NCBI GenBank assembly: GCA_963796105.1
Contig: CAWCKJ010000004.1
Coordinates: 256,001 to 320,000 of the forward strand
Length of the DNA: 64,000 nt
Direction of reading: 5' to 3'
DNA from: a candidate division FCPU426 bacterium
GTDB lineage: Bacteria > Oederibacteriota > Muellerivitia > Muellerivitales > Muellerivitaceae
The first letter of the stretch is position 1. Each line of letters starts with the position of its first letter. The translations under genes were made by a program, and so were the position numbers. Shown here piece by piece: positions 28,891 to 39,091 of this stretch. Under the pieces are notes generated by a model. It saw only the letters and a program-made list of their open reading frames with translations. It was not told the DNA's origin and made no database searches.

Positions 28891-29048
28891 GAAAACCTCC
28901 TAGGTGTTTTGCCCCGGCTAAAGACTTCATCGGCAACGAGGGATGATTTTACATATTTTGGAGATATCTTTGCCGATCAAAAATATCATATTACCCAATT
29001 CCGGGGTTGGCTTTGAGTTTGCTTTTAAACATCCGCCCTTTTATAAAC

Positions 29049-30971
29049 TCAGCTTCCTTTCAACACCCAAAACTCATGCCCCGCGACCGTCTTGAAAAAA
29101 CGGTAATGCCCCCGGATGAAATCTGAAATAACGGGGAATTTCTCGTCATTGGGGATGCCGTCAACGCGGTAGGACCAGTCCTCATCTTTGAAAAGCACCC
29201 ATTTCACTTTCTTTGCATCCAGGTCCCGGACAATCTCCTTTTGGAAAGGCCTGGGTGCCGCCACCCAGACATAAGGAAATCGGGTCGGGCAGGGCAGGCC
29301 GAGGTAGTAATACCAGATGGCCTCGGAAGTGAGGGTGAAAAACAAGTCACCCTTTTTCATGTTCCCCTGGAGGAATCCCAAAGCCTCCGCGTCATCCGGC
29401 GGGACATAGGCGCTGTCAGGCACCCGGATGGGGAAATTCTTTTCAAGAATATCAGCCCGGTAACCCCGCGCCAGGCACAATAGCCCAACCAAGACCGTCC
29501 AAAGCGCAAAACCATTCTTGAGGGCCGGAAGGAATGGTGTGTCCCAAAATTTCCACCCTTGCGTGGCCTTGATAACCGAATAGAGGGTCAGGATGAGAAG
29601 CGGACCCATGCCGTAAAAGAGGTGCTCCTCGTCCGACCGGGCAAGAACATTCCCGAAGAAAAGTACCGACATGAAAGCTAAAACCAACTCAACCAGATGG
29701 CCGCGCGCGTAATCTTTGAGCCATTTCTTATTCCCTTCCCCGCGGCTTTTGAGACCGCCCAGGGCCAGCCGGAACAGGTGCGCTGAAAGCAAGAGGCAGG
29801 CGGCCAGGAATTTAAACTCCCCCAGCGGGAACGGAATTTTTTCTGAAAGCTCCTTGTAGGCCGGCAGGGTCAAGAAAGTGAATTTGAAAAACCCGGCCCA
29901 ATTCCCATCCAGCAACCACCCAAGCGTATAAAGTCCGCATGCCAGCCCGAGTCCCGTCCAGAGGACGAATTCCCCCTGCATCAAACCCCTCCCTTGATAG
30001 AGAGAGTGAAGGGCGAGGAAAACCACGGCGCAAGCCAGAGTCAGGTAGAGACCCCGGTCCAGGGAATAACCCAAGGCTAAAACAGGAATGAACGTAAACA
30101 GGAAAAGGCGCCCCCTGAAAACCCACCTGTTTTCCTCCTCCTCGCCCGCCAGGAATGCCCGGACTCCCAGAAAAATCCAAAGAAACGAATAGGTTAAAAC
30201 ATCCCTGGCTGGAAGAATGAGGAACTGGAATTTTTCCCAGAGGGAACGGTGCCTCAGGAAGGCTTCGGCCACGTCGTCGGGGTTGAGGGACGAAAGGAAT
30301 GTCGAGTGAACAACATTGAACAGGAAACTGACGTGGACAACCGCCAGGACCAACAAGATGCCCAATGCCGCCCTAACGCTCCTGAATAGCCCCCGGAGAA
30401 AAAGGGCCAAGAATACCCAAGCCAGCACCTTCATCATGGACTCAAAGGCTCTCGGCGCCCCGATAGACCTGCCGAACCAGTCAAAGGTCCAGACCGACCT
30501 CAAGGGATCCTGGATGAGCCCGTGGAAAAACAAGTAATCGCGGTATGGTTCCCCCCCCTTAAGATGGGAAATGGCGCTTCCCAGCGATTCCCCCTCGTGG
30601 TAGCGGTCCAACCGCCCAAAGGAGTGGTAGGTGGGAACGTTCAGGGCGATAAGAACGGCAAGAAGGAGAAGAAGAAAAAAAACCGTCCGAGAGCCTGAAG
30701 AAGTCTTTTCAGACAAAACCTCCCTATCTGTCCCGGTCTTGCCCGGTATATACCTGTAGAAAAGAAACAATAAAATCGAAGGCGCGAGGATGAAAAGGAG
30801 GAACCTCAGAAGATCATTCTGGGGGTTGAAGCCGATCCTGGCGCAGTAGCCGACCACTTCCAGGGGATTATGAAAAGGGAGACGGATAGAGTCCCAAAGA
30901 GCGGAAACTAAAAGGACCCCGGCCAGAAACAAAACCAAATAAGAGATTGTCCTAGTGTTATTTCGGAACAT
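29049..30971 (-). CDS. Polytopic membrane protein, GT-C glycosyltransferase-like
   Basis: Many TM segments; DRYHEGE and GGEPYRDYLFFHG loop motifs; soluble C-terminal domain. Confidence 0.6.
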   Translation of the reverse strand: MFRNNTRTISYLVLFLAGVLLVSALWDSIRLPFHNPLEVVGYCARIGFNPQNDLLRFLLFILAPSILLFLFYRYIPGKTGTDREVLSEKTSSGSRTVFFLLLLLAVLIALNVPTYHSFGRLDRYHEGESLGSAISHLKGGEPYRDYLFFHGLIQDPLRSVWTFDWFGRSIGAPRAFESMMKVLAWVFLALFLRGLFRSVRAALGILLVLAVVHVSFLFNVVHSTFLSSLNPDDVAEAFLRHRSLWEKFQFLILPARDVLTYSFLWIFLGVRAFLAGEEEENRWVFRGRLFLFTFIPVLALGYSLDRGLYLTLACAVVFLALHSLYQGRGLMQGEFVLWTGLGLACGLYTLGWLLDGNWAGFFKFTFLTLPAYKELSEKIPFPLGEFKFLAACLLLSAHLFRLALGGLKSRGEGNKKWLKDYARGHLVELVLAFMSVLFFGNVLARSDEEHLFYGMGPLLILTLYSVIKATQGWKFWDTPFLPALKNGFALWTVLVGLLCLARGYRADILEKNFPIRVPDSAYVPPDDAEALGFLQGNMKKGDLFFTLTSEAIWYYYLGLPCPTRFPYVWVAAPRPFQKEIVRDLDAKKVKWVLFKDEDWSYRVDGIPNDEKFPVISDFIRGHYRFFKTVAGHEFWVLKGS

Positions 30972-31061
30972 AATGCGATTTTAACAATTGGATTAGGGTT
31001 CTAATACGCAAATATAAATAACACGGACTTTGAGGCTGGATCAGTATAATTTTACTAGTCT

Positions 31062-32978
31062 GTGTCGAACATTTTCCTTCTCAAAGACCGGTCAAAATTG
31101 TCCAAAAAAAAGAAAAAAATAGAGGCCACCCCCCCCGGTATGGGAAATCTACCTGCCGCAGAATCTCAAGTCCCAATGAAGCTAGCGCAGCCTGTTTCCG
31201 CCGGGATGAACCGTTGGGCCTTCTGGGCCTGTGTTCTTTTCCTTCTTCTAGCGGTGGTTTTGTTTTACCTGCCCCTCTTGAAAAACGGTTTTACCAACTG
31301 GGATGACCGGGATACCATCACGGAGAATCCCTTCATCCGCTCACTTGATTTCAAAAGCTTCCATTGGATGTTCACGACGAATGCCCCTGGTTATTGGATA
31401 CCCCTCTACTGGCTGTCCCTCGCCTTAAGTTACCAAATCGGCGCTCTCAACCCCTTGGTTTTCCACCTCACGGACCTTTTCCTACACCTCCTGAATACCC
31501 TTTTGGTTTTCCTGGTCTGCTTGAGGCTTTTGGAATTGGCCGTGGCGGCCCGCGAGGCCAGCGCCTCAAGGATTTTCATCCTTCCAACGACCTTGATGAC
31601 AGCCCTCTTGTTCGGCCTCCATCCCATCCACGTGGAGTCCGTGGCCTGGGCCACGGAGCGCAAAGACCTTCTCTACGCTTTATTTTACCTTTTGGGGATT
31701 TTTCTCTACCTGGATTACGCCTCCACAGCCGTAAGAAATACCTGGAAGTGGTACGCTTGCCTGGGGCTCTACCTGCTGGCCATGATGTCCAAGCCCATGG
31801 CCGTAACCCTTCCCCTTGTATTTCTCATCCTGGACTTTTGGCCCCTGAGGCGCTGGGGCGGGCAATTCTCCAAAACCCTCAGCGAGAAAATTCCCTTCTT
31901 CCTTCTAGGGGCTCTCATCAGCCTGGTCACCCAAGTGGAGATGACCCAGATCAAGGCCATCAAGGTGAACCTGCCACTTTTCTTAAGGGTCTTGAACGCC
32001 TTTCATTCCACGGTCTTCTACCTTTGGAAAATGGCGGTGCCTTACCACCTTTCCCCCTTCTACGCTTATCCCCCGGTTTTAGACGAAGAATATTATATGA
32101 GCTTGAAATACCTCTTGGCGGTTTTAGGGGTGGCGCTTGTGACGTTCGTTTGTTTTTATTACCGAAAAAAAGCCCCCCACTTGGGATGCGCTTGGGTTTT
32201 TTACCTGGTGAGCCTGGCCCCGGTGAGCGGGATCATCCGCATCGGGGGCCACGAGGCGGCGGACCGCTACACCTACCTTTCCAGCCTGGGAATATTCCTG
32301 CCCTTGGCGGCCGGCATTGCGTGGCTTTTGGGGAACCGCCCAAAACTCCTGGCCGGGTTCATCCTGGTCTTAACCGTGGCCCTGGGGACCGGGACCGCCG
32401 CTCAAATCGGGATTTGGAAGGATTCCGTGACTCTCTGGGAATACGCCACCTCCATTTCCCCTTACGAATCCAAGACCATGCGCCAGCTCCTGGCCCAGGC
32501 TTATGACAAGGCTGGGCAAAAGGAAAAGGCCCTCAAGGAATACGACTCGGCCATCGCCATCTTTCCTCCGGATGATATCCCCCTCAACAGCAAAGCCACG
32601 GTTCTTTGCGGGATGGGAAGATACCAGGAAGCCATTCCCCTTTTTCAATCCGCCATCCAGGTCAATCCCTGTGGCATCTTGCCCTACACCAACCTTTGGA
32701 TCACCTATCAAACGCTTGGCCAATATGAGAATTCCCTGCAAGCGGCCCGGGACGCGGCCCGGCTCCAGCCCGATAGCGCCAGGGCCTATGACCGTTTGGG
32801 AATCAGTTACGGGGATTTAAGGAGATTTCCGGAGGCCCGGGAGGCTTTTTTAAAAGCCATGGGACTGGAACCCTGGAACGTGGAAATCCAAAAGCATTGG
32901 GAGGCCACCCTTTGGCGGGAAAAGAACCCCAGGAGCTCGGATGAGGATTACCAGCGCGGGTTATTGGGAGGCCCATGA
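31062..32978 (+). CDS. TMTC-like protein O-mannosyltransferase family membrane protein with TPRs
   Basis: FTNWDD, LFGLHPIHVESVAWATERKD, SKPMAVTLP, ADRYTYL, WKDSVTLW, C-terminal TPRs. Confidence 0.85.
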   Translation: MSNIFLLKDRSKLSKKKKKIEATPPGMGNLPAAESQVPMKLAQPVSAGMNRWAFWACVLFLLLAVVLFYLPLLKNGFTNWDDRDTITENPFIRSLDFKSFHWMFTTNAPGYWIPLYWLSLALSYQIGALNPLVFHLTDLFLHLLNTLLVFLVCLRLLELAVAAREASASRIFILPTTLMTALLFGLHPIHVESVAWATERKDLLYALFYLLGIFLYLDYASTAVRNTWKWYACLGLYLLAMMSKPMAVTLPLVFLILDFWPLRRWGGQFSKTLSEKIPFFLLGALISLVTQVEMTQIKAIKVNLPLFLRVLNAFHSTVFYLWKMAVPYHLSPFYAYPPVLDEEYYMSLKYLLAVLGVALVTFVCFYYRKKAPHLGCAWVFYLVSLAPVSGIIRIGGHEAADRYTYLSSLGIFLPLAAGIAWLLGNRPKLLAGFILVLTVALGTGTAAQIGIWKDSVTLWEYATSISPYESKTMRQLLAQAYDKAGQKEKALKEYDSAIAIFPPDDIPLNSKATVLCGMGRYQEAIPLFQSAIQVNPCGILPYTNLWITYQTLGQYENSLQAARDAARLQPDSARAYDRLGISYGDLRRFPEAREAFLKAMGLEPWNVEIQKHWEATLWREKNPRSSDEDYQRGLLGGP

Positions 32979-34188
32979 GGGGTAAACCCGCGGATTCTAA
33001 TGCCGCTTGCGGTCCTAAAGCGTTTTTATAACGTCGTCAAAACCAGTATTCGGGACAAAAGGGATCTTTAAAATATAATTTCACCCGACATGAAAACATT
33101 TTCTCACCCATTTATTGGCCGGATTTTCGAAATAATAATACGAAATGGCCGAAATCGCGGTAACTGCCGAGGCAAAAACCACGAAAGCCATGACAATATT
33201 CATCTCTTTTAAAATCGCGTTCAAAAAATAAATAGCCATTATGTGAAATAAGTAATTGCCATAACTAAATTTACCCGGCAGAGAAAATATTTTTAAATAT
33301 TTCGACTCCAAGATGGGCAGGTGAATACCGCCCAAAAGGAACAAGAACATTCCGACGCACAAGAGAGCTGGAACAAATACTCTTACTAGTTTTTCAGCAC
33401 CGCTAAATGTCCCTAAATAAGTTGAAACAAGTGTAATCATTCCGACGCAGAGAAAAGCAAAACAGAACTTCTCATTCTTGCTGAGCCAGGATTGGTAACG
33501 CTTACAGGTCAAATAAAGCAAAGCACCGAAAGCGATTTGGTCAAACGCCCCCGGGCTTAAAACCAGGGAATAAGCGGAGATGTCCGGCCCCCAAAGGTAA
33601 ATCATCACCCTCCAGGCATTTCCAAAGATAATTACGCCCAACAGGAACAATACCAAATTCTTCGTTTTCCCGATATTGATTAGAATCAACGGATAGAAAA
33701 AATAAAATTGTTCCTCCACGGCCAGGGACCAAAAGAGCGACCAATGAACCCCTATCCCTTTCCATGGCGCCGTTTGAAACACGCTTGACCAATTAAAATA
33801 AAACGTGAAAAGTGAAACCCAGAACTTGATATCCGCCGGATTTTCAGGCAGTTTAAAACAGTAAAAATATTTCTTGGATTGAGCGTCAAAAAGCGCCCAC
33901 CAAAAAAACAGCCCCAAGAAAACGCTTAAAAGGAAAAGCGGAATAATACGCCCGACCCTTCTGACATAGAAAGCCTTCAAATCGGGTTTGATCAAACCCC
34001 CGGGGGTTTGATCGATGATCCTCGTGATTAAAAAACCAGAAATTAAAAAAAACATGCAGACTCCATAATTGCCATTCCGCTGAAAATGATCCCAAGCCCA
34101 GCGGAATATAGGGCTTGGCAATGGCAAAGTGGGCTTGAGATGAAGAGCCATCACCACTAGGATGGCCATGGTTCTTGCCAAGTTGATA

Positions 34189-35832
34189 CCTGAATTTTGC
34201 ACCGAGTTTACCGATTCCGTGGCCAGATCGGCCTGAATCGGGACCCGACAGTGGCCATTTTCATCAGAAGTGAACTTATGTGCAAAGAATTTTTTGCACC
34301 AAGCCACTTCTAGGCCGCCCTGGGTCTTTCCAATCGTTTTCGATCAAGGTATTTGAGGAAACCCAATAGGCCCGCTGTCCTATCATCATGGATTGAATAC
34401 CTCACCACATCCCGATGGCCGTGATACTGGATTCGGGCGGCTACAAAGAGCATCTTCAAACGTGCGATCCGAAGGGTATGGTCCGGCATGGTGATCTGTT
34501 CCTTCTCCTGTGGCTTCTTTCCCGGTCGCTTTTCTTTTCCACAATGGCCCACCATTAGTTTCATCCACCTCCAGAGGTTGTAAGCCAGCATCACGATCTG
34601 GAAAAAAGCATGGTGGCTTTGGAAACTCTTAGAGGGAATTGCTAATAACCCCTCCCGTTGCGCCTCACCAATCAGGTTTTCCACATCCGCGCGCAGGTCG
34701 TATTCCTCAACCACCCGATGGGGTGCTCCCAGACAGTTGGTCGCGAAGATTCGGTAGACATATCCTTCCATTTCAGGAAGGCTCAATTGTTTCTCCCGCG
34801 CTTTTTCATCCAGCGTCCTCATCGCCACAAACCGGACTGGTTGTTGCCAGCCTATGGGTTGATGGACACATTCGTTGTATTCGTGTTCTCCATGGCGGTA
34901 CCAACCCTTTTTCGTGAAAGGCGGGTCATGCCGCTTGTTCCCGAAGATGAAAGAAAACCCTTCTTTTTCACAGGCTTTCACGCTTTCCCAGCCGATCATT
35001 TCACCGTCACCGCGCACCAGAATCGTCCGGACACAGGACGGCAAGAGTCGCCGGAATTGTCTAATTTGGCGGGCCACTTCCTCAGAACTAAGGGTGGTTC
35101 CGCGTCTTTGGGTTCCGCACAAATATTCCCGGGTTTCCTGGAGAAAACACAGAATGGGCCTCAGTCCCTTCTTGCCCCGGTGCTTGGGGTTGTATCCTTT
35201 TCGGCTTCCCTCGATATTTCCGTAGACCGTTGCGGTGGTGGTATCGATGTTGATCTCCACCTTCTTGGGGGCATATTTCACCTGTCCCCAAACCTTGGCC
35301 CGTAACGCCCCACTCAGATTCAGCAACGATGCCGACTGCCCGATCCCCAGCGACCTCAGGTATCTCCAAAAAGTTGTCACTACCGGCAACAAGGGAACCC
35401 GCAGTAAACCGCACAGCATGACCTCACCCCGCAGGTAGGCAAAATGGCCAAGTCTTTGGAACCCGATGAAAAGAAGCATTAGGATGCCGCTTACCATCCG
35501 GTAGTGGCCCAAATTCGGAAGGCGTTTAGGTGCGGCATAGTGTTTTTTGAATTCCCGCTCAAAATCAAGAAGGTCGAACATCTTCGCCAATGCCAACAAT
35601 CCGCCAAAAGCTGTTAGGCGGTCTTCGCAAATACCTACGGGAGTATTGGCCGTAATCTTGGGCGCGATTCTCCCGTTTCGATTGGCTTTTTTCTGGACTT
35701 GCGGGTTTGATTTCTGAGGCGTATCTTGACGTTTCACCATCTGGGGGACCCTCTTTTAGGATGAGTTGGCTTCGCAACCCTTATCCTATAATGGTTTCCT
35801 AGATGGTTTTTTTATTAGGCGCAAAATTCAGG
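34189..35832 (-). mobile_element. IS1380-family insertion sequence, 1644 bp
   Basis: Terminal IRs CCTGAATTTTGC / GCAAAATTCAGG; 5-bp target duplication TGATA (34184-34188 and 35833-35837). Confidence 0.92.
34310..35740 (-). CDS. IS1380-family transposase
   Basis: LTAFGGL, INIDTT...VYGNIEG...GYNP, VRGDG, YDLRADVENLIGE. Confidence 0.92.
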   Translation of the reverse strand: MVKRQDTPQKSNPQVQKKANRNGRIAPKITANTPVGICEDRLTAFGGLLALAKMFDLLDFEREFKKHYAAPKRLPNLGHYRMVSGILMLLFIGFQRLGHFAYLRGEVMLCGLLRVPLLPVVTTFWRYLRSLGIGQSASLLNLSGALRAKVWGQVKYAPKKVEINIDTTTATVYGNIEGSRKGYNPKHRGKKGLRPILCFLQETREYLCGTQRRGTTLSSEEVARQIRQFRRLLPSCVRTILVRGDGEMIGWESVKACEKEGFSFIFGNKRHDPPFTKKGWYRHGEHEYNECVHQPIGWQQPVRFVAMRTLDEKAREKQLSLPEMEGYVYRIFATNCLGAPHRVVEEYDLRADVENLIGEAQREGLLAIPSKSFQSHHAFFQIVMLAYNLWRWMKLMVGHCGKEKRPGKKPQEKEQITMPDHTLRIARLKMLFVAARIQYHGHRDVVRYSIHDDRTAGLLGFLKYLDRKRLERPRAA

Positions 35833-35943
35833 TGATAGCTTGAATGTTATTAGGTAATGAATTTTTCAGGAAAGTCATATGAGCTTTCTAAGGAATAAAA
35901 TGGACAGTTTTACTATAGCCTCTCAAATTCTCCTGAATTTTCT

Positions 35944-36525
35944 TCAGACAATAATATCCTTGATGCTCTTGTTGATATTTAAGTCGATCTCCCCGAAGGC
36001 TTCCTCTAAGTCAGCCGGTATGGACTTAAACTTGTTGATCATCTTATGGTCCAAAACCTTGATCCAGTCCGTGATACCGCTCAAAAGCGAATAGGCCTGC
36101 TCGGCCTGCTGTTTCCGGACGAAACCCTCCTGCTCCAATGGCATGAAAACGATCCCGAAAACCGTGGCGGCAGAATCCTTCGCGGCCTTGGCCACCACCG
36201 GAGCCGCTCCGCCTCCCGTCCCCCCGCCCAGGCTCGCGATTAAAAAGACAATCCTGGAACCGGCAAAGACCTTCTTCAATTCATCCACGCGCTGTTCCGC
36301 GCCCAGCCGCGCTTTTTCCAAACTGCCCCCTGCCCCGATTCCGGCACCGGATAGCTGGATCCGGTGAGTGGTATTGGAGCTGTTGAGGGAACTGGCGTCC
36401 GTATCCATGGCCCAGCGCTCGACATTTTTATCGGTTTCAAACTTCATGTTATTGAGGATTTCGCACCCGGCTCCGCCGACGCCGACGATCTTGATTTGGG
36501 CCGAGTTGGTTTGAGGAATCATTGG
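35944..36525 (-). CDS. FtsZ/tubulin-family GTPase domain-only protein
   Basis: IKIVGVGGAG, DTD, GAGG, SLGGGTGGGAAP, P-xx-EG-xx-R; ends before the T7 loop and C-terminal domain. Confidence 0.85.
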   Translation of the reverse strand, partial: PMIPQTNSAQIKIVGVGGAGCEILNNMKFETDKNVERWAMDTDASSLNSSNTTHRIQLSGAGIGAGGSLEKARLGAEQRVDELKKVFAGSRIVFLIASLGGGTGGGAAPVVAKAAKDSAATVFGIVFMPLEQEGFVRKQQAEQAYSLLSGITDWIKVLDHKMINKFKSIPADLEEAFGEIDLNINKSIKDIIV

Positions 36526-36628
36526 CATTCTCCCGTGACTTCTCACGCTTATTTGTTCCTAATATAACCCTTGGTTTGCCGCTTTGTGTACTTCCTATGT
36601 ACCTTTTTGAACGGCATGGAGGCCGACC

Positions 36629-36870
36629 TTTCCCCATACCTCTTACGGTTCGAATCCTCTCACTTCAAATAATAAAACCCAGCCTCTCTTTCGGGGGGCT
36701 GGGTTTACAAGGGCGGTGGATACCAACCGCTTCGCTCACAGGGGAAGAAACCCCTGTGTACCCCATCTAACAACCGGGAAACTCCCGTTTCCCGTACCTT
36801 TCCCAAATGTTCGAATCCCTTTCACTACAAATAGTGAAACCCAGCTTCCTTTTGGGGGGCTGGGTTTTAT
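36629..36870. repeat. Two copies of a ~80-bp module (GTTCGAATCC + AAACCCAGC...GCTGGGTTT terminator-like hairpin) downstream of the tRNA-Gln att site
   Basis: 36629-36707 aligns with 36788-36869. Confidence 0.7.
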
Positions 36871-36893
36871 TGGCTGGGGCGGTAGGATTCGAA
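36871..36893 (-). other. Distal att site: 23-bp duplicate of the tRNA-Gln 3' end
   Basis: TGGCTGGGGCGGTAGGATTCGAA is identical to 46294-46316. Confidence 0.95.
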
Positions 36894-37098
36894 GAGTCCA
36901 ACCCGCTCAGACAAATTCTTCTTGAAAGACTTAGATTCATGAGGATTTTAGACCGTATCCATCAACGAAACAAGAACAAGTCCACTATCACTTTATAACG
37001 GTTTAAAACTCATTGTCACTCGTTGAGATGTGGAAAAGGTAGACGAAAGGTAGATGATTTCGTAAGAGATATTACCGAGTTGAAGACAAAAAATTAAT

Positions 37099-37437
37099 TC
37101 AGCAGGACCGGAAAAATTTGTTTCGATAGATAAAAACGACCAAGGCCCCAATCGTGACAACGTTTACGATACGCCAAATTTCACGACCTAAATGCGGGGT
37201 AATAATTGGATTGTAAAGAAGCGCTCCAATCCCCAAAAACCATGCCCAGGATTTCTGAATTTTCCCATTTGCGGCAAAAGCCAAGTAACCCAATGTCGGA
37301 CAACAAACCCACCTCAACAAGATGTAATAGCCGTAGGGATCACGGGGGCGAAGCGCATACGCCAACATCAAAATACCAATAATGGACATAGCTTGAAACT
37401 GGGGACCAGTGACATTATTAGAAGAAGTATCCGCCAT
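37099..37437 (-). CDS. Small membrane protein (DUF6804-like)
   Basis: PYGYYILLRWVCC...LLYNPII..HLGREIW motif. Confidence 0.7.
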   Translation of the reverse strand: MADTSSNNVTGPQFQAMSIIGILMLAYALRPRDPYGYYILLRWVCCPTLGYLAFAANGKIQKSWAWFLGIGALLYNPIITPHLGREIWRIVNVVTIGALVVFIYRNKFFRSC

Positions 37438-37442
37438 GAATT

Positions 37443-38360
37443 TTACTCCCCGGTCTTGGATGGCGTTGCCCAAAAAATATTGCCCTTTTCATCTAACAGT
37501 GTAAGAAAGGGCTCTTTGATTGTACCTAACGCCACACGGTTCGTATGGTTTTCATCAAATAAAACCAACTCTGGCCCAACACTGAAAGCATTTAATTGGA
37601 CTCGATCTAAACCATTGCCGTCAGACAGTTCAAGCATTGAACCTTTATCTTTTATTAAAGTTAACATGGCATTTCTTTTTCCATTTTTTTCATATTGGCT
37701 CAGACTAGGGCGATCATCGTATGTAGTGAGACTTTCAATAGTTTGTCCATTCCCATCTAAAAAGCTTAATCCAGGCCCCTTCTTGAACTCAGCCAGAACG
37801 ACACGCAAATTGCCGTTATCATCTGTCATAACAAGGTTTGGACCTTCGTTGGTCATAAATAGGCCAGCCCTATTAGTACCGTTCTCATCCTCAAGAACGA
37901 TTTTTTTTGCTCTAATTTCATCAAAAGTCTTTTTGGTCGTAGGCTCCTCCCAAATGATTTCTCCACCCTGATCTTGTATAAGCATACGAGAAGAAGACAA
38001 CATAACCATGTTTTTGTCGTTCTCACAAAGATAGAGATGGCTAGAATTAACGTCCACGCCTAACGGTTTCATGCTGTCTACGGATAGCCTAATGATCTCT
38101 TTCGCATTTTCATCCAAAAAAACCAACCTTGGTTCTCCGTCTTTCATACATAAATTGGCACGAGTATTTCCGGTTTCATCCTCAAGAATGAAACTGTTTG
38201 CCCGTATTTCTTTTAGCTGATGTAATGGCGCTGCACCAATTAATCCAATTGTGGCAACCAACAGGGCAGCACCCAATAAGTAACGGTTGAGGCGTTTTGT
38301 TCTTTTAACTTCTTTTTCCAAGGTACTCAAGCGTTCTTCAATCGTCATTTCGCCCTCCAT
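37443..38360 (-). CDS. Membrane-anchored beta-repeat hypothetical protein
   Basis: IEERLSTLEKE + TM; repeated EIRA..LEDE.G..RA.L and P.L...D.NG..R units. Confidence 0.75.
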   Translation of the reverse strand: MEGEMTIEERLSTLEKEVKRTKRLNRYLLGAALLVATIGLIGAAPLHQLKEIRANSFILEDETGNTRANLCMKDGEPRLVFLDENAKEIIRLSVDSMKPLGVDVNSSHLYLCENDKNMVMLSSSRMLIQDQGGEIIWEEPTTKKTFDEIRAKKIVLEDENGTNRAGLFMTNEGPNLVMTDDNGNLRVVLAEFKKGPGLSFLDGNGQTIESLTTYDDRPSLSQYEKNGKRNAMLTLIKDKGSMLELSDGNGLDRVQLNAFSVGPELVLFDENHTNRVALGTIKEPFLTLLDEKGNIFWATPSKTGE

Positions 38361-38551
38361 TCAATCTTATAGATAACCACATAAGTAATAGAATGCGCCA
38401 CGCTTTAAATCCATTGATATTTCAGTGTTTCTAGCGTGCGATGCATTCGTTTATTTTTGCAGCTATCTATAAATACTAATTTTGGTCGCTTTATTGGGTT
38501 CAACATTTCCGCTTAGAAAATTACCCATTATCATTGTGATGGTTTAGTCAC

Positions 38552-39004
38552 TCATTGATTTGACTGACCGAGATTGGAAGAATCTAAAGCTTTTGAAAAA
38601 TCTTCAACGACCGCTTCCGTGGTAGTGTAATTACTATTCATTGTAAAAACTTCTTGGCCAGTTTTTACGTCAACAAAAGACAAATCGAGATTTATTTCAT
38701 CTGCTTCAGTTCCAACTCGCCTATAACCCAATAGAAGTCGATAACGAGCCGTCGGGGTGGAAGAAGTTGAATATGAGTTTTGATTAGGCAACCCTGTTGT
38801 TACGCTGTCCCCTCGGTTTGATACATAAACATTCCATCCTTTTTCTCGCAAAACCCTTTTCAACTGGCCAGTCAGGCCCCTTTCCCCCAGGGGAGCAAAA
38901 ACAGTCTTATCAGATGTGTCAATCCGAGAGTACATATTTACGAAAGGCCTACCAGCACAACCAACTGCGAAAAAGGCGATAAAAACAATTGTCATTTTTT
39001 TCAT
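38552..39004 (-). CDS. Hypothetical lipoprotein
   Basis: MKKMTIVFIAFFAVGC lipobox. Confidence 0.75.
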   Translation of the reverse strand: MKKMTIVFIAFFAVGCAGRPFVNMYSRIDTSDKTVFAPLGERGLTGQLKRVLREKGWNVYVSNRGDSVTTGLPNQNSYSTSSTPTARYRLLLGYRRVGTEADEINLDLSFVDVKTGQEVFTMNSNYTTTEAVVEDFSKALDSSNLGQSNQ

Positions 39005-39091
39005 TTTCACATTCCCGAAATCATAATTAACATTCAATTACCCATTATCATGGGTGGTCTTAGTCTAGGGATTTTCATTTAATCCGTAAAT

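Larger units (their letters stand above)
33081..35878 (-). pseudogene. Acyltransferase-3 (OafA-like) gene interrupted near its 5' end by IS1380
   Basis: GVCMFFLISGFLIT, FYVRRVGRI, WSLAVEEQFY, SYYYFENP; native start ATG 35878 (MTFLKNSLPNNIQAI|NLARTMAIL) rejoins in frame once the IS is removed. Confidence 0.8.

Noticed and set aside
35944..36525. TubZRC type III partition system using the GGAAC array as centromere
   Set aside because: No adjacent TubR gene, the array is ~28 kb away, the protein lacks the polymerisation half and it lies outside the att-bounded element
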